64,000 nt of DNA from an uncultured delta proteobacterium (GTDB lineage Bacteria > Myxococcota > Kuafuiibacteriia > Kuafuiibacteriales > Kuafuiibacteriaceae). The number at the start of each line of letters is the position of its first letter. Positions within the stretch are counted from its first letter, which is position 1. The notes beneath the pieces were generated by a model. The model saw only the letters and a list, made by a program, of their open reading frames with translations, was not told where the DNA came from and made no database searches. The stretch spans positions 288,001 through 352,000 of the forward strand of contig CAWDML010000008.1 in NCBI GenBank assembly GCA_963803435.1, read 5' to 3'. A program made the translations under genes and the position numbers. Of this stretch, positions 29,674 to 39,216 are shown one piece after another.

Positions 29674-32376
29674 TCATGGTGTAGTCCACGCCCGCGTCGC
29701 GATCAACGTCGCGGTCTCGCGCACGATCGGATCCGGATCCTGCTTCGCTTGCTCGGCCAGGTCCCGGAGCGCCTCGGCGGGCGCCTCCGGCAGCTCGTAG
29801 AGCGCGCAGGCGCGGAGCCACGCGTCGTCGCCCGCGATCAGATGGGCCAGTGCCGCCACCCGGGTCTCGATCGGCTCGCCGAACGTGGCCCGACCCACCT
29901 CGATCATCCCGGGACCGTCGCTCTGCTCGAGCAGCGGAAGCACCTGGTCGCGGAGATCCTTGCGGACCAAGTTGTCGAGGAGCTCGATCGCGCTGGAGCG
30001 CATCTGCGGTTGTCCGCGGACGTAGCCGTGATACGCGTTCTCCATGTCGTGCGGTCGATAGCGCAGGCCGAGGAGCACGAAGATGCGCTCGAGGACCCGC
30101 TCCTTCTTCTCGGTCAGCGCGCGCCGCAGCAGCTTCCACGACGGTCGATCGGCCCCACCCTCGTCGGGCGCGCCGACGACCGCGATGATCTGCGCCAGGT
30201 GATAGAGCTTGCGCGCCTCGTCGACCACTGCACGTGCGATCGTGGGCCGGTCGATGGTCAGGCGAGGATGCGCGACCCGGAGCTTCGAGAGCGCGCGAGC
30301 GACGTTGGCGCGGACGATCGGGTCGGCGTCCTCGAGATGCCGGAGCAGGAGATCGACCGAGCGCTGCTCCCCGATGTCGCCCAGGACGCGGGGTATGGCG
30401 CGCTGCATCGGGAGGTCGAGGTGGGGGTCGGCGAGCGCGCTCCCCAGCGTCCCCAGGACGACGTGGCCGAGCTTCGCCAGCGCCTGACGCGCCGGGCGCC
30501 GCAGCTGCCTCCGGCTCATCGCGTCCATCAACCAGGGCACGAAGGTGCGATCGCGCGCCGCGCCGAGACCTTCGATCAACGCGATCACCACCCGCGGTGA
30601 GGGGTCGCGGGTGAGCTCTTCCACCAGCGGACGCAGGCCCGGTGATCCTGCGCTGGCGAGCGCGCGTGCAGCCAGCGCCCGCATGCTCTCGTCCTCGACG
30701 GCGATCAATCGCTCGCCGAGCTCAGGCGTGATCAGCCGCTTCACCTCGGCGGCATCGTGACGCGCGATGCATCCCAGCGCCGCCGCCCTGAGCTTGGGAT
30801 CGTCTCCCAGGAGATGGCGTTCGATGCGACCGGTGTCGCCGTCGATCCGACAGGTGAGGAACATCGCCTCCGTGCGCACGCCGTCGTCCGGATCCGCGAG
30901 CAGCCGCTCGCACTGCGTCCGCAGCGACTCGCCGTTCTGGTTGGCCAGCGCGATCAGCGCGCGGCGGCGGACCTCGGGCGAGTGGTGCTCGAGGAGCGAC
31001 GCCAGCCTGTCGACGACGAGCCGGGAGCGGGCGCTCGAGAGGATGTCGAGCACGTAGAGCACGCGGCGCTCGTTGTCGCTCTCGAGCAGTGGGAGCAGCG
31101 CCGAGATCGCGCCGGCCTCGGTGAGGTCGATGCGGAGGTCACTCGGATCGATCTTCTGGCCCTCGAGGGCCTTCCGGAACGCATCGACGTAGGCGCGCCG
31201 CATCCTCCTCGCGAAGAAGAAAGTGACTACCGTGAGCCCGACCGTGATGATGCTGAGCATCCGGTACTCGACGCCGAACGTGCCGGTGACCAGCAGCACC
31301 GCGAGGGCGCCGATCCCGGTGGCCGACGTATCGACGGTGGTATCGAGGAACAGCTTGGTCACCTTCTTCACGTCGGGTGGAACGGGGAGGAACAGGACCT
31401 CGCTCCCCGAGCGGTAGATCGAGTGACGGAAGCCGCCGTCCGCGCCCTTCGCCAGCATCCCTGCGATGAGCCCCGGATAGATGATGATCGCCGCCGAGCC
31501 GAGCCCCATCGTCACCGGCAGGATCAGGATCGCGACCCCGACGCCGAGAGAACGAAGGATCCAGGGCGTCACGAGCAGCTGGAAGAGGAACCCGAAGGCG
31601 GAGAGATAGGCGAAGAAGGAGCCGAAGAACGCGGTCTTCGCGTCCCGGTCCGGATACGCGTGGTCGACGATCGCGTTGAACTGGATGTCCACCACCACGG
31701 CGATGATCGCGATCAGCGCCGCCGTGATCGCGATGGAAGAGAGGAGCTTCGACTCGAAGATCGCCTCGAGCCCGACGGGTGCCTCATTCCGGGTCCTCTT
31801 CTGGGAGGAGGGCTCGATCGAGGGGACCAAACTGAGCAGGAGCAGCGAGAGGCCGATGAGGAAGATGCAGACGATCAGCAGGTTCTCCGTGCCGACGATC
31901 CCGGCGATCTGACCGGTGGCGGCGCCGCCCGCGATGGCCCCGGCGATTCCGCCGGTACCGATGAAGCCGAAGACGCGGCGCGCCTCCCGCGGCGTGAACA
32001 CGGCGTTGGCGAGGAGCCAGATCAGAGAGGTGGTCAGCAGGCCGTAGAGCGCGACCCAGACGTAGAAGGCGTAGAAGATCCAGCCGGTGGCCAGCGGGAT
32101 CAGGAGGCGGAAGCCGGCCAGCATCAGCATCATCGCCAGGTACGTGCGGAGGATCAGGCGGTCGGTGCGGATCCGCGAGGCGTAGCGCCCGTAGACGGCG
32201 GCCGCCGCACCCCCGACGAGCGCCACCAGGATCAGCACGAACGGGAGCTGCTGGAGCCCGATCTTGTCGAGGAACAACGCGTTGCGAGCCGGCTTGAGCA
32301 CGTACAGCGAGGCCAGGATCAGCGCGTAAGCGCTGGCGAGCGGCAAGACCCGGCGGAGCTCGTCGCGCCCAAGCAT
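29674..32376 (-). CDS. Npt1/TLC-family nucleotide (ATP/ADP) transporter-like domain fused to HEAT repeats
   Basis: YVLKPARNALFL, FYVWV, W.LANAVFTPREARRVFGFIG.GG..GAI, E.LFLPVP..K.FLDT; then repeated PEVRRRAL / DPIVR HEAT units. Confidence 0.85.
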   Translation of the reverse strand: MLGRDELRRVLPLASAYALILASLYVLKPARNALFLDKIGLQQLPFVLILVALVGGAAAAVYGRYASRIRTDRLILRTYLAMMLMLAGFRLLIPLATGWIFYAFYVWVALYGLLTTSLIWLLANAVFTPREARRVFGFIGTGGIAGAIAGGAATGQIAGIVGTENLLIVCIFLIGLSLLLLSLVPSIEPSSQKRTRNEAPVGLEAIFESKLLSSIAITAALIAIIAVVVDIQFNAIVDHAYPDRDAKTAFFGSFFAYLSAFGFLFQLLVTPWILRSLGVGVAILILPVTMGLGSAAIIIYPGLIAGMLAKGADGGFRHSIYRSGSEVLFLPVPPDVKKVTKLFLDTTVDTSATGIGALAVLLVTGTFGVEYRMLSIITVGLTVVTFFFARRMRRAYVDAFRKALEGQKIDPSDLRIDLTEAGAISALLPLLESDNERRVLYVLDILSSARSRLVVDRLASLLEHHSPEVRRRALIALANQNGESLRTQCERLLADPDDGVRTEAMFLTCRIDGDTGRIERHLLGDDPKLRAAALGCIARHDAAEVKRLITPELGERLIAVEDESMRALAARALASAGSPGLRPLVEELTRDPSPRVVIALIEGLGAARDRTFVPWLMDAMSRRQLRRPARQALAKLGHVVLGTLGSALADPHLDLPMQRAIPRVLGDIGEQRSVDLLLRHLEDADPIVRANVARALSKLRVAHPRLTIDRPTIARAVVDEARKLYHLAQIIAVVGAPDEGGADRPSWKLLRRALTEKKERVLERIFVLLGLRYRPHDMENAYHGYVRGQPQMRSSAIELLDNLVRKDLRDQVLPLLEQSDGPGMIEVGRATFGEPIETRVAALAHLIAGDDAWLRACALYELPEAPAEALRDLAEQAKQDPDPIVRETATLIATRAWTTP

Positions 32377-32435
32377 CGGAGTTTCTCGGTCTATCAGGGC
32401 GCTGTCCCGGGAGCGAGCCCTGCTATGATTCGCGC

Positions 32436-33290
32436 GTTCTGCACGCCCTCTTCGCACTGGTCGCGATCGCCGCCACGCGGACCGCCTCCGTCTCCGACCA
32501 TGTTCTGATCGGGCACGCCCTCGGCGGCGGCACGCTCAACCCTCGAGCCGCCGCGCTCTTCGTGGGGCTCCGCGAGCATCGGGTCTATCACCGATCCGAG
32601 AGCCCGCTGTTCGATCAGCTCTACGTCGACTACGGTGGGGAGATCCTCCTCTCGGCCAGCGTGCGTCCGGCGCTGTTCGTCGAGTGGCTCCCGCTGGCGA
32701 TCCTCAAGATCCGCCTGCAGTACGAGCTCTGGGCCTGGAGCGGGCTCCACCTGGGCCTCGGCCACGGTCTCACCTTCGAGGGCAAGGACGCTCCGTTCGA
32801 CCCCGACACGCTGGAGGCCCGCGAAGGGGAGGAGCGGGCCAACGTCGGCCACCGCGCGTTCGTCATGCCGACGCTCCAGCTCAGGCTGTGGAGGATCGTG
32901 CTGGTCGACAACCTCGAGCTCGCCGCCTGGTTCGTCCACGGCGGTGCGGCCGGCGAATACTGGTACGACTCGATCGACGACAACCTGGTCAAGAAGGGTG
33001 GGCTCGACGGAACGCTCAAGAACCAGCTGATCGTCGGCGCGGTCCTCTGGGACGGCAGCGGCGACGCCCAGCTGGTCGCCGGCGTGGTCCACGAATATCT
33101 GCGCACCTTCTCCGCGGGCATCTCGCGACAGCGCCTGGCGATGTGCGTCTCGTACACGCTCGCCGATGCGCTTTGGGGCCTCCGCCGCCCGGCGATCCTG
33201 CTGCTGGGCGGGATCTATCTTCGCGACCGAAATCGAGAGGACGAGCTCTTCATCCAGCTCGGGCTCAAGGTCGACTACGAGTTCGATTGA
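32436..33290 (+). CDS. Hypothetical exported (possibly outer-membrane beta-barrel) protein; start ambiguous
   Basis: Frame open upstream of GTG 32562 with signal-like VLHALFALVAIAA; alternating beta pattern, ends LGLKVDYEFD; either ATG 32425 plus a 1-nt deletion or a non-canonical start. Confidence 0.6.
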   Translation, partial: VLHALFALVAIAATRTASVSDHVLIGHALGGGTLNPRAAALFVGLREHRVYHRSESPLFDQLYVDYGGEILLSASVRPALFVEWLPLAILKIRLQYELWAWSGLHLGLGHGLTFEGKDAPFDPDTLEAREGEERANVGHRAFVMPTLQLRLWRIVLVDNLELAAWFVHGGAAGEYWYDSIDDNLVKKGGLDGTLKNQLIVGAVLWDGSGDAQLVAGVVHEYLRTFSAGISRQRLAMCVSYTLADALWGLRRPAILLLGGIYLRDRNREDELFIQLGLKVDYEFD

Positions 33291-33315
33291 GATGGGCGAT
33301 CAGCGCGAGCCGCAC

Positions 33316-33393
33316 GTGGGAGACCACCAACCGATCGTCCAGGGTGACCTGGACGTCGAGCTCGAGGGTGTCCACACCGACCGAGAGCGCCTG
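33316..33393 (-). pseudogene. Remnant of a glycerophosphodiester phosphodiesterase gene
   Basis: Intergenic minus strand reads QALSVGVDTLELDVQVTLDDRLVVSH, the GDPD E-x-D-V..T.D..VV.H motif, without the rest of the gene. Confidence 0.6.
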
Positions 33394-33513
33394 TCTTGGA
33401 CTTCCACCGGCCTCGAGATCATGGCCGTCTGCGTAACCAAGAGGCCATACAACAGGCGAAACGGTCGCTCGACGGTTGCCGTTCATGAAAGCGCGTGTGG
33501 TAACTTGTATGAG

Positions 33514-36144
33514 GTGCAGCTCCGACGATCGACGCTGTTGATCCTCTCCTCGATCGTCCTCTCCGCCTGCGCCGAACAGGCCCCACCGGCCGAGACCTCC
33601 GTCGAGCTCACCATCGCCTACGACTCCACGATGGGCGTCGATCGACTGGTCGTCTGGGGCACCAGCGAGGCCGGGACGACGCGCATCGACCAGCACTCCC
33701 TCGAGGCACCCTACAGCCTCGATCCGCCCGGCCTGCGCCAGGCGCCGATCGATCTCGTGGTTCGCGATGCGCTCGAGGGCGAGACGGTCGTGCTGCGCGT
33801 CGACGGCCGGACCGCGGACGGCAGCGTCGTCGGATCGGGCGCGACCTCCGTGGCGGTCGAGGTCGATCGCTCGGTCTCCGCGCTCGTGACGCTCGGAGCG
33901 CCGATCGTCTGCGGCGACGGGCATCGATCCAACCTGGAGGCCTGCGACGACGGCAACCAGATCGCCGGCGACGGCTGCTCCGACGTCTGCACGCTCGAGC
34001 CTGGCTCCGAGCAGTGTGGCGATGGCATCACCGCCGGCACCGAGGAGTGCGACGACGGCAACAACGCGGACGGCGACGGCTGCTCGGCGGCTTGCCGCCT
34101 GGAGGCCCAGGGCGCGTACGTCTACGAGGTGGAGCGCCTCGAACCCGCCACCACCACCAGCATCGACTTCGTCGACGTCCCGGGCGCTACGCTCACCTTC
34201 GTACCGAACGGCCCCTCCGATCGCTGGGTCGTGTTCGTCAGCGGCGTGCTCGGCTCGAGCAATCCCAGCCCGGTGACGGCCGAGATGCGGCTCCTGATCA
34301 ACGGGATCGAGGTCGACCACTTCGGACATCAGACCCTCGGCACCGACGACAACGATGCGGGCTTCTTGACGTTCGAGACGATCACCGGTGCCACGGAGGA
34401 GCAGGTGATCACGCCGCAGTTCCGCGCCGAGGTCGGGACCACGCGGGTGGCCAGCCTTCGGGTCGTCACGGTCCTCGTTCCGCCGGGCGCAGACTTCCAG
34501 TACGCGAAGCAGGACGAGATCCTGGAGGCGACCGGCGAGGGTCTCGACCTGGCCCGCATCGACTTCACACCCGCGAAGCCCGGCGAGTACGCGATCCTCG
34601 CCAAGGGCAACCTCACCGAGCTGCCCTCCGCCAGCACCGCCCAGATCTGGCTCGAGGACGATCATGGCGTCGCGCATCCGCTCCAGGGCTTCTCGTCGCC
34701 TCGGGCGGCCTGGCTGCCGGCGTTCGTCTCCATGACCGAGACCCTCGACGAGACTCCGAAGAGCTTCGTGGTGCGGGGCACCTCGAGCGGCACCGCCACG
34801 CTCGCCGACTGGTGGGACGAGTCGTTCTCGATGCGGCAGCCGATCGTGATCACGGCGCCGCCCGACGGCCTGCCTGCCGGCTACCCGGTGTCGGTCCGGT
34901 TCGATCATGCGGCCCAGGCGGCGCTGGGACGCTCGCTGCCCGACGGCAGCGACGTCTGGGTGGTCGCCCGCCTCGACGACGGGACCCTGGCGCCGATCGA
35001 TCGGGTGGTGGACGAGACCTCCAGCTGGAACCGGAGCGACACGCAGATCTGGTTCGACACCGTCCCGGGCGTGACGCCCGCGTACTGGCTCTACTGGAGC
35101 TCGGCCCGACCCGCGGTGCCGCCCGCCGATCCCGAGCGCGTCTTTCCGTTCTTCGACACCTTCGAGGGCACCCAGCTCGATCCGCTTCGATGGTCCGGGC
35201 GAACCGCGGCCGTGCAGAACGGCCAGCTGGTGCTGAGCGGCAACGCGTCGGTCCAGTCGGGGGGGACCTACGGCTCGAACACGCTGTGGGAGGCACAGAT
35301 CGCGTCGATCTCGAACGGCCAGGTGGGCACGGGCGGGCTCGTCGAGCTGCTGACGGGCAACCCGGACGGCAACGACACGGGGAGCGGCGTGGGCTTCTAC
35401 GGTCTCGGGCCGGCGCTGATCGCGCAGGCAGGCACGAACCAGACCGCGCTCCAGCTCATGGATCCCCTGGCGACGCACATCCTGGGCTTCGCCCGGCGCT
35501 CAGGCGCGGACGTGACCTTCTACGACGACGGCCAGCCGGTCGCCTCGCTGGCGGAGCCGGTTTTCGCCACGCCGGACTTGCGGGTTCGGATGTCGAACCC
35601 CGATCCCAACTTCGCCCTCGTGTACGACTGGGTCCGGATCCGACCGATCGTCGCTGCCGAGCCGCTGGTCGAGCTGGGCGCGATCGAGGGCCGCGCGGGC
35701 GCCTCTCCCAGCCAGTGGCGCAACCGCAAGCTGATGGCATTCCGCACCGACGTCTTCCTTCGGGCCTTCTCCGCGGCGGCGGACGCGAACGTCAGCACCA
35801 TGACCGACACGCCCGTGACCCTCACGTCGCTCGAGGTCCCGGCGCCCCCCACCGAGGTGGACGAGCTGGTCATCGCGTCCGCGCGCGTCTCCGGCGAGAG
35901 CTCGGCGACCGGTCGCAAGTCGGGCGAGGTCCGCGCGGACGGCGAGATCTTGGTCCGGACGGCGCATCGGATCAATCGAGACAGCAGTCGCACCTCCGGC
36001 TACCACCATGTGGTCGGAGTCGCAGACGCACGCCATACGTCCGCCTCCGCGCGGTATCAGGTCGACATCCGCTCGCCGGACGGCATCGAGGTCGACGGCG
36101 CGGGCGCCTCGATCCTCGTGCTCTCGTATCCATCTCGACGCTAG
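33514..36144 (+). CDS. Lipoprotein with Myxococcus Cys-rich repeats and a DUF2341-like domain
   Basis: Lipobox LSAC; two CGDG..E.CDDGN..GDGCS..C repeats; WWDESF..RQPIVI..DGSD..TQIWF..YWLYW..VFPFFDTFEG. Confidence 0.75.
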   Translation: MQLRRSTLLILSSIVLSACAEQAPPAETSVELTIAYDSTMGVDRLVVWGTSEAGTTRIDQHSLEAPYSLDPPGLRQAPIDLVVRDALEGETVVLRVDGRTADGSVVGSGATSVAVEVDRSVSALVTLGAPIVCGDGHRSNLEACDDGNQIAGDGCSDVCTLEPGSEQCGDGITAGTEECDDGNNADGDGCSAACRLEAQGAYVYEVERLEPATTTSIDFVDVPGATLTFVPNGPSDRWVVFVSGVLGSSNPSPVTAEMRLLINGIEVDHFGHQTLGTDDNDAGFLTFETITGATEEQVITPQFRAEVGTTRVASLRVVTVLVPPGADFQYAKQDEILEATGEGLDLARIDFTPAKPGEYAILAKGNLTELPSASTAQIWLEDDHGVAHPLQGFSSPRAAWLPAFVSMTETLDETPKSFVVRGTSSGTATLADWWDESFSMRQPIVITAPPDGLPAGYPVSVRFDHAAQAALGRSLPDGSDVWVVARLDDGTLAPIDRVVDETSSWNRSDTQIWFDTVPGVTPAYWLYWSSARPAVPPADPERVFPFFDTFEGTQLDPLRWSGRTAAVQNGQLVLSGNASVQSGGTYGSNTLWEAQIASISNGQVGTGGLVELLTGNPDGNDTGSGVGFYGLGPALIAQAGTNQTALQLMDPLATHILGFARRSGADVTFYDDGQPVASLAEPVFATPDLRVRMSNPDPNFALVYDWVRIRPIVAAEPLVELGAIEGRAGASPSQWRNRKLMAFRTDVFLRAFSAAADANVSTMTDTPVTLTSLEVPAPPTEVDELVIASARVSGESSATGRKSGEVRADGEILVRTAHRINRDSSRTSGYHHVVGVADARHTSASARYQVDIRSPDGIEVDGAGASILVLSYPSRR

Positions 36145-36172
36145 AACCGGGCGCCGTCTATGCTCCGTGCAC

Positions 36173-37249
36173 GTGCACGTCGAGCAGATGAATCAGATCC
36201 TCGAGATGGGCCTGAAGAGCGGGGCGTCGGACATCCACTTCAAGGCCGGCGGGCCCCCGGCGCTGCGGCTCAACGGCGTCCTCACCTACCTGAAGATGGA
36301 CGTGCTGCGCCCGGCAGACACGCGGCAGATCGTGCTCAACCTGCTCGGCGCCAACCTGATTCGCGAGCAGATCGACTCACTCCAGGAGTACGACACCTCC
36401 TATTCGCTGAGCGGGATCGGCCGCTTTCGCGTGAACGCCTACCGGCAACGCGGGACGCTCTCGGCGATCCTTCGCGTCATCCCTCGAGAGGTCCCGAACG
36501 TCGACCAGCTGGGTCTGCCGCGACACATCCTGTCGCTCGCGAACGAGGAGCGCGGCATGGTCCTGGTGACGGGCGCCTCGGGACAGGGCAAGAGCACCAC
36601 GCTGGCCGCGCTGATCAATCACATCAACCACACCCGCAACGCGCACATCGTCACGATCGAAGATCCGATCGAGTACCTGCACCGCAACGCGCAGAGCTCG
36701 ATCAGCCAGCGGGAGATCGGCGTCGACACCGCGAACTATCACGTCGCTCTGCGGGCTGCGCTCCGCCAGGATCCCGACGTCATCCTCGTCGGCGAGATCA
36801 GGGACGGTGAGGCGGTCGACATCTCGCTCAAGGCCTCCGAGACCGGTCACCTCGTCTACTCGACGATCCACACCACCGACGCGTCGAAGACGATCGGGCG
36901 CCTGATCTCGATGTTTCCCGCCAACGAGGCGATGTCGGCGCGCATCCGGATCGCGGAGAACCTCGCGGGCACGATCAGCCAGCGCTTGCTCCCGCGCGCC
37001 GACAATCGCGGGCGCGTCGTCGCGATCGAGCTGATGATCGTGACGAAGACGATCCAGGAGTACATCAAGGATCCGTCGCGTACCGCCGAGCTCAAGGACG
37101 CCATCGAGAAGGGGCGAGGCCAGTACGGCATGCAGTCGTTCGACCAGCACCTGATCCAGCTCTACCAGAACGGGTTCATCACCCTCGAGACCGCCAAGTC
37201 CGCCGCCACCAACCCCTCGGACTTCGAGCGGGCGTTGCACTTTGGATGA
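36173..37249 (+). CDS. pilT: Type IV pilus retraction ATPase, PilT/PilU family
   Basis: ASDIH, RFRVN, GASGQGKSTT, TIEDPIE, ALRQDPDVILVGEIRD, ETGHLV.STIHT, GMQSFDQHL; start 36167-36188 uncertain. Confidence 0.92.
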   Translation: MHVEQMNQILEMGLKSGASDIHFKAGGPPALRLNGVLTYLKMDVLRPADTRQIVLNLLGANLIREQIDSLQEYDTSYSLSGIGRFRVNAYRQRGTLSAILRVIPREVPNVDQLGLPRHILSLANEERGMVLVTGASGQGKSTTLAALINHINHTRNAHIVTIEDPIEYLHRNAQSSISQREIGVDTANYHVALRAALRQDPDVILVGEIRDGEAVDISLKASETGHLVYSTIHTTDASKTIGRLISMFPANEAMSARIRIAENLAGTISQRLLPRADNRGRVVAIELMIVTKTIQEYIKDPSRTAELKDAIEKGRGQYGMQSFDQHLIQLYQNGFITLETAKSAATNPSDFERALHFG

Positions 37250-37767
37250 GCGGCGCCGATGTGGTAAGCGACCCCGGCATGAGCGATCCCAAGCCTTTGG
37301 TCGGCATCGTCATGGGCAGCAAGAACGACTGGGCGGTCCTCGAGTCCGCGGCCCAGATGCTGGCCCAGCTCCAGATCCCATACGAAGCCAAGGTGCTATC
37401 GGCGCACCGTACCCCCGAAGAGACGCTCGCCTATGCGGGCGACGCCGAGGGACGCGGCCTCGAGGTCCTGATCGCCGGGGCGGGGATGGCGGCGGCTCTC
37501 CCGGGCGTGCTGGCGGCCAAGACCACCGTTCCGGTCCTCGGCGTGCCCATCGACGCTAGCCTCGGCGGGCTGGACGCGCTGCTCTCGATCGTCCAGATGC
37601 CGAAGGGCGTGCCGGTCGGTACCCTGGCCGTCGGCAAGGCGGGCGCCGCCAATGCTGCGCTCCTGGCGGCGGCCATCCTCGGCAACGCTCGCCCCGAGAT
37701 CCGCGCGCGGATCAAAGCCTTCCGGGAGCAGCGCAAGGCGGAAGTGCTCGGCGCGAGCCTTCCGTGA
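37246..37767 (+). CDS. purE: N5-CAIR mutase PurE
   Basis: VGIVMGS..D, SAHRTP, IAGAG.AAALPG, DALLSIVQMP.GVPV, GAANAALLA. Confidence 0.96.
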   Translation: MSGADVVSDPGMSDPKPLVGIVMGSKNDWAVLESAAQMLAQLQIPYEAKVLSAHRTPEETLAYAGDAEGRGLEVLIAGAGMAAALPGVLAAKTTVPVLGVPIDASLGGLDALLSIVQMPKGVPVGTLAVGKAGAANAALLAAAILGNARPEIRARIKAFREQRKAEVLGASLP

Positions 37768-37781
37768 TATAGCGCGGCCCC

Positions 37782-38495
37782 TTGGCCATCAGCGTCCCCA
37801 TCCCCGGGCCGCTCCGCTCGGCTCGGTTCGTCGATCGGCCGAATCGATTCCTGGTCCGCGTTGCGCTCGAGCCGGAAGGTGAGCTCGTCACGGCCCATCT
37901 CGCCGATCCGGGACGTCTCACCGACATGCTGAGCCCCGACGTCCAGATCTTCGTGCGCGCGGTGGACGAGGAGGGCACGCGCAAGACCAAATGGACCGCG
38001 GTGTTGCTGTCCGCGCAAGGGACGCTGGTCTCGCTGGACACGGTGCTGCCGAACCGGCTGGTGCGGGCCGCGCTGGAGCGGGACGCGATCGACGAGCTTC
38101 AAGGCTGGGGGATCGAGCGGGCCGAGGCGCCGATCGGCCACTCGCGCTTCGACTTCCTGCTCAAGAACGCATCGGGCGAGCAGATCGTGCTCGAGATCAA
38201 GAGCGTCACGATGGTTCAGCGGGGCGTCGGTCTGTTCCCCGACGCGCCCACCGAGCGCGGGACCCGGCACGTCGAGCAGCTCATCGAGATCCAGGGCCGG
38301 CCCGGCTGGCACGCGGCGCTGTTGTTCGTGGCCCAGCGCATCGACGTGGAGAGCGTGGCGGCGGCCGGTGGGATCGATCCGAACTTCGCTCGCGCGCTCG
38401 ATCAGGCCCGCTCCGCCGGAGTGCGGGTGATGGCCAAGCGCTGCCAGGTCACGCTGGAGGAGATCGTCCTCGGGGTCACGGTGCCGGTGATATGA
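37782..38495 (+). CDS. sfsA: DNA/RNA nuclease SfsA
   Basis: RPNRF, AHLADPGRL, SRFDFLL, EIKSVT, FPDAPTERGTRH. Confidence 0.92.
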   Translation: MAISVPIPGPLRSARFVDRPNRFLVRVALEPEGELVTAHLADPGRLTDMLSPDVQIFVRAVDEEGTRKTKWTAVLLSAQGTLVSLDTVLPNRLVRAALERDAIDELQGWGIERAEAPIGHSRFDFLLKNASGEQIVLEIKSVTMVQRGVGLFPDAPTERGTRHVEQLIEIQGRPGWHAALLFVAQRIDVESVAAAGGIDPNFARALDQARSAGVRVMAKRCQVTLEEIVLGVTVPVI

Positions 38496-39148
38496 AGGTC
38501 GGTTCCAGGCGGCCGCTCCACTTCGTGCGCTACTCCGAGGAAGAGATGCGGGATCGTGCCTGCGCGTTCCGCGAGCAGATGGGCGAGCGAAGGTCGGTGC
38601 GCGACTTCAGCCCCGAGCCGGTCCCCGAGGAGGTGCTGCTCGAAGCGATCCGCGCGGCGGCGTCGGCGCCCTCGGGGGCGCACAAGCAGCCGTGGACCTT
38701 CGTGCTGGTGACCGATCCCGAGATCAAGCGTCGGATCCGCGAAGCCGCCGAAGAGGAGGAGCGCGCCTTCTACAGCGGCCGTGCGCCCGAGCGCTGGCTC
38801 GAGGATCTCGAGCCGCTCGGCACCGGGCCGGACAAGCCGTTCCTCGAGACCGCGCCCGCGCTGATCGTGGTGTTCGCGCAGAAGCACGGCGGCGAGCGTG
38901 GATCGCGGCACTACTACGTCAACGAGTCCGTGGGCATCGCCTGCGGGTTCCTGATCGCGGCACTTCACCACGCAGGGCTCTGCACGCTCACGCACACGCC
39001 GAGCCCGATGGGATTTCTGTCCGAGATCCTCGGTCGTCCCGATCACGAGCGCGCCTACGTGTTGATGCCGGTTGGCTACCCGACTGAGGACTGCCAGGTC
39101 CCAGACCTCGAGCGTAAGCCGCTCTCGGAGGTGCTCGTTCGCAAGTGA
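38492..39148 (+). CDS. Nitroreductase-fold flavoprotein, iodotyrosine deiodinase-like
   Basis: RRSVRDFS, APSGAHKQPW, EEEERAFY, LGT..DKPFLETAP, YYVNESVGIA, TLTHTPSPM. Confidence 0.85.
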   Translation: MKVGSRRPLHFVRYSEEEMRDRACAFREQMGERRSVRDFSPEPVPEEVLLEAIRAAASAPSGAHKQPWTFVLVTDPEIKRRIREAAEEEERAFYSGRAPERWLEDLEPLGTGPDKPFLETAPALIVVFAQKHGGERGSRHYYVNESVGIACGFLIAALHHAGLCTLTHTPSPMGFLSEILGRPDHERAYVLMPVGYPTEDCQVPDLERKPLSEVLVRK

Positions 39149-39216
39149 GCTTGCGTGCGATCTTCGCCGGATAGGCACACCCGACCGAGTTGCGGCAGGT
39201 TGGACGGGTTTTTCAG

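Noticed and set aside
33166-33513. N-terminal extension of the 992-aa ORF
   Set aside because: Overlaps the upstream gene and the GDPD remnant; the lipoprotein signal and -10 box support GTG 33514.
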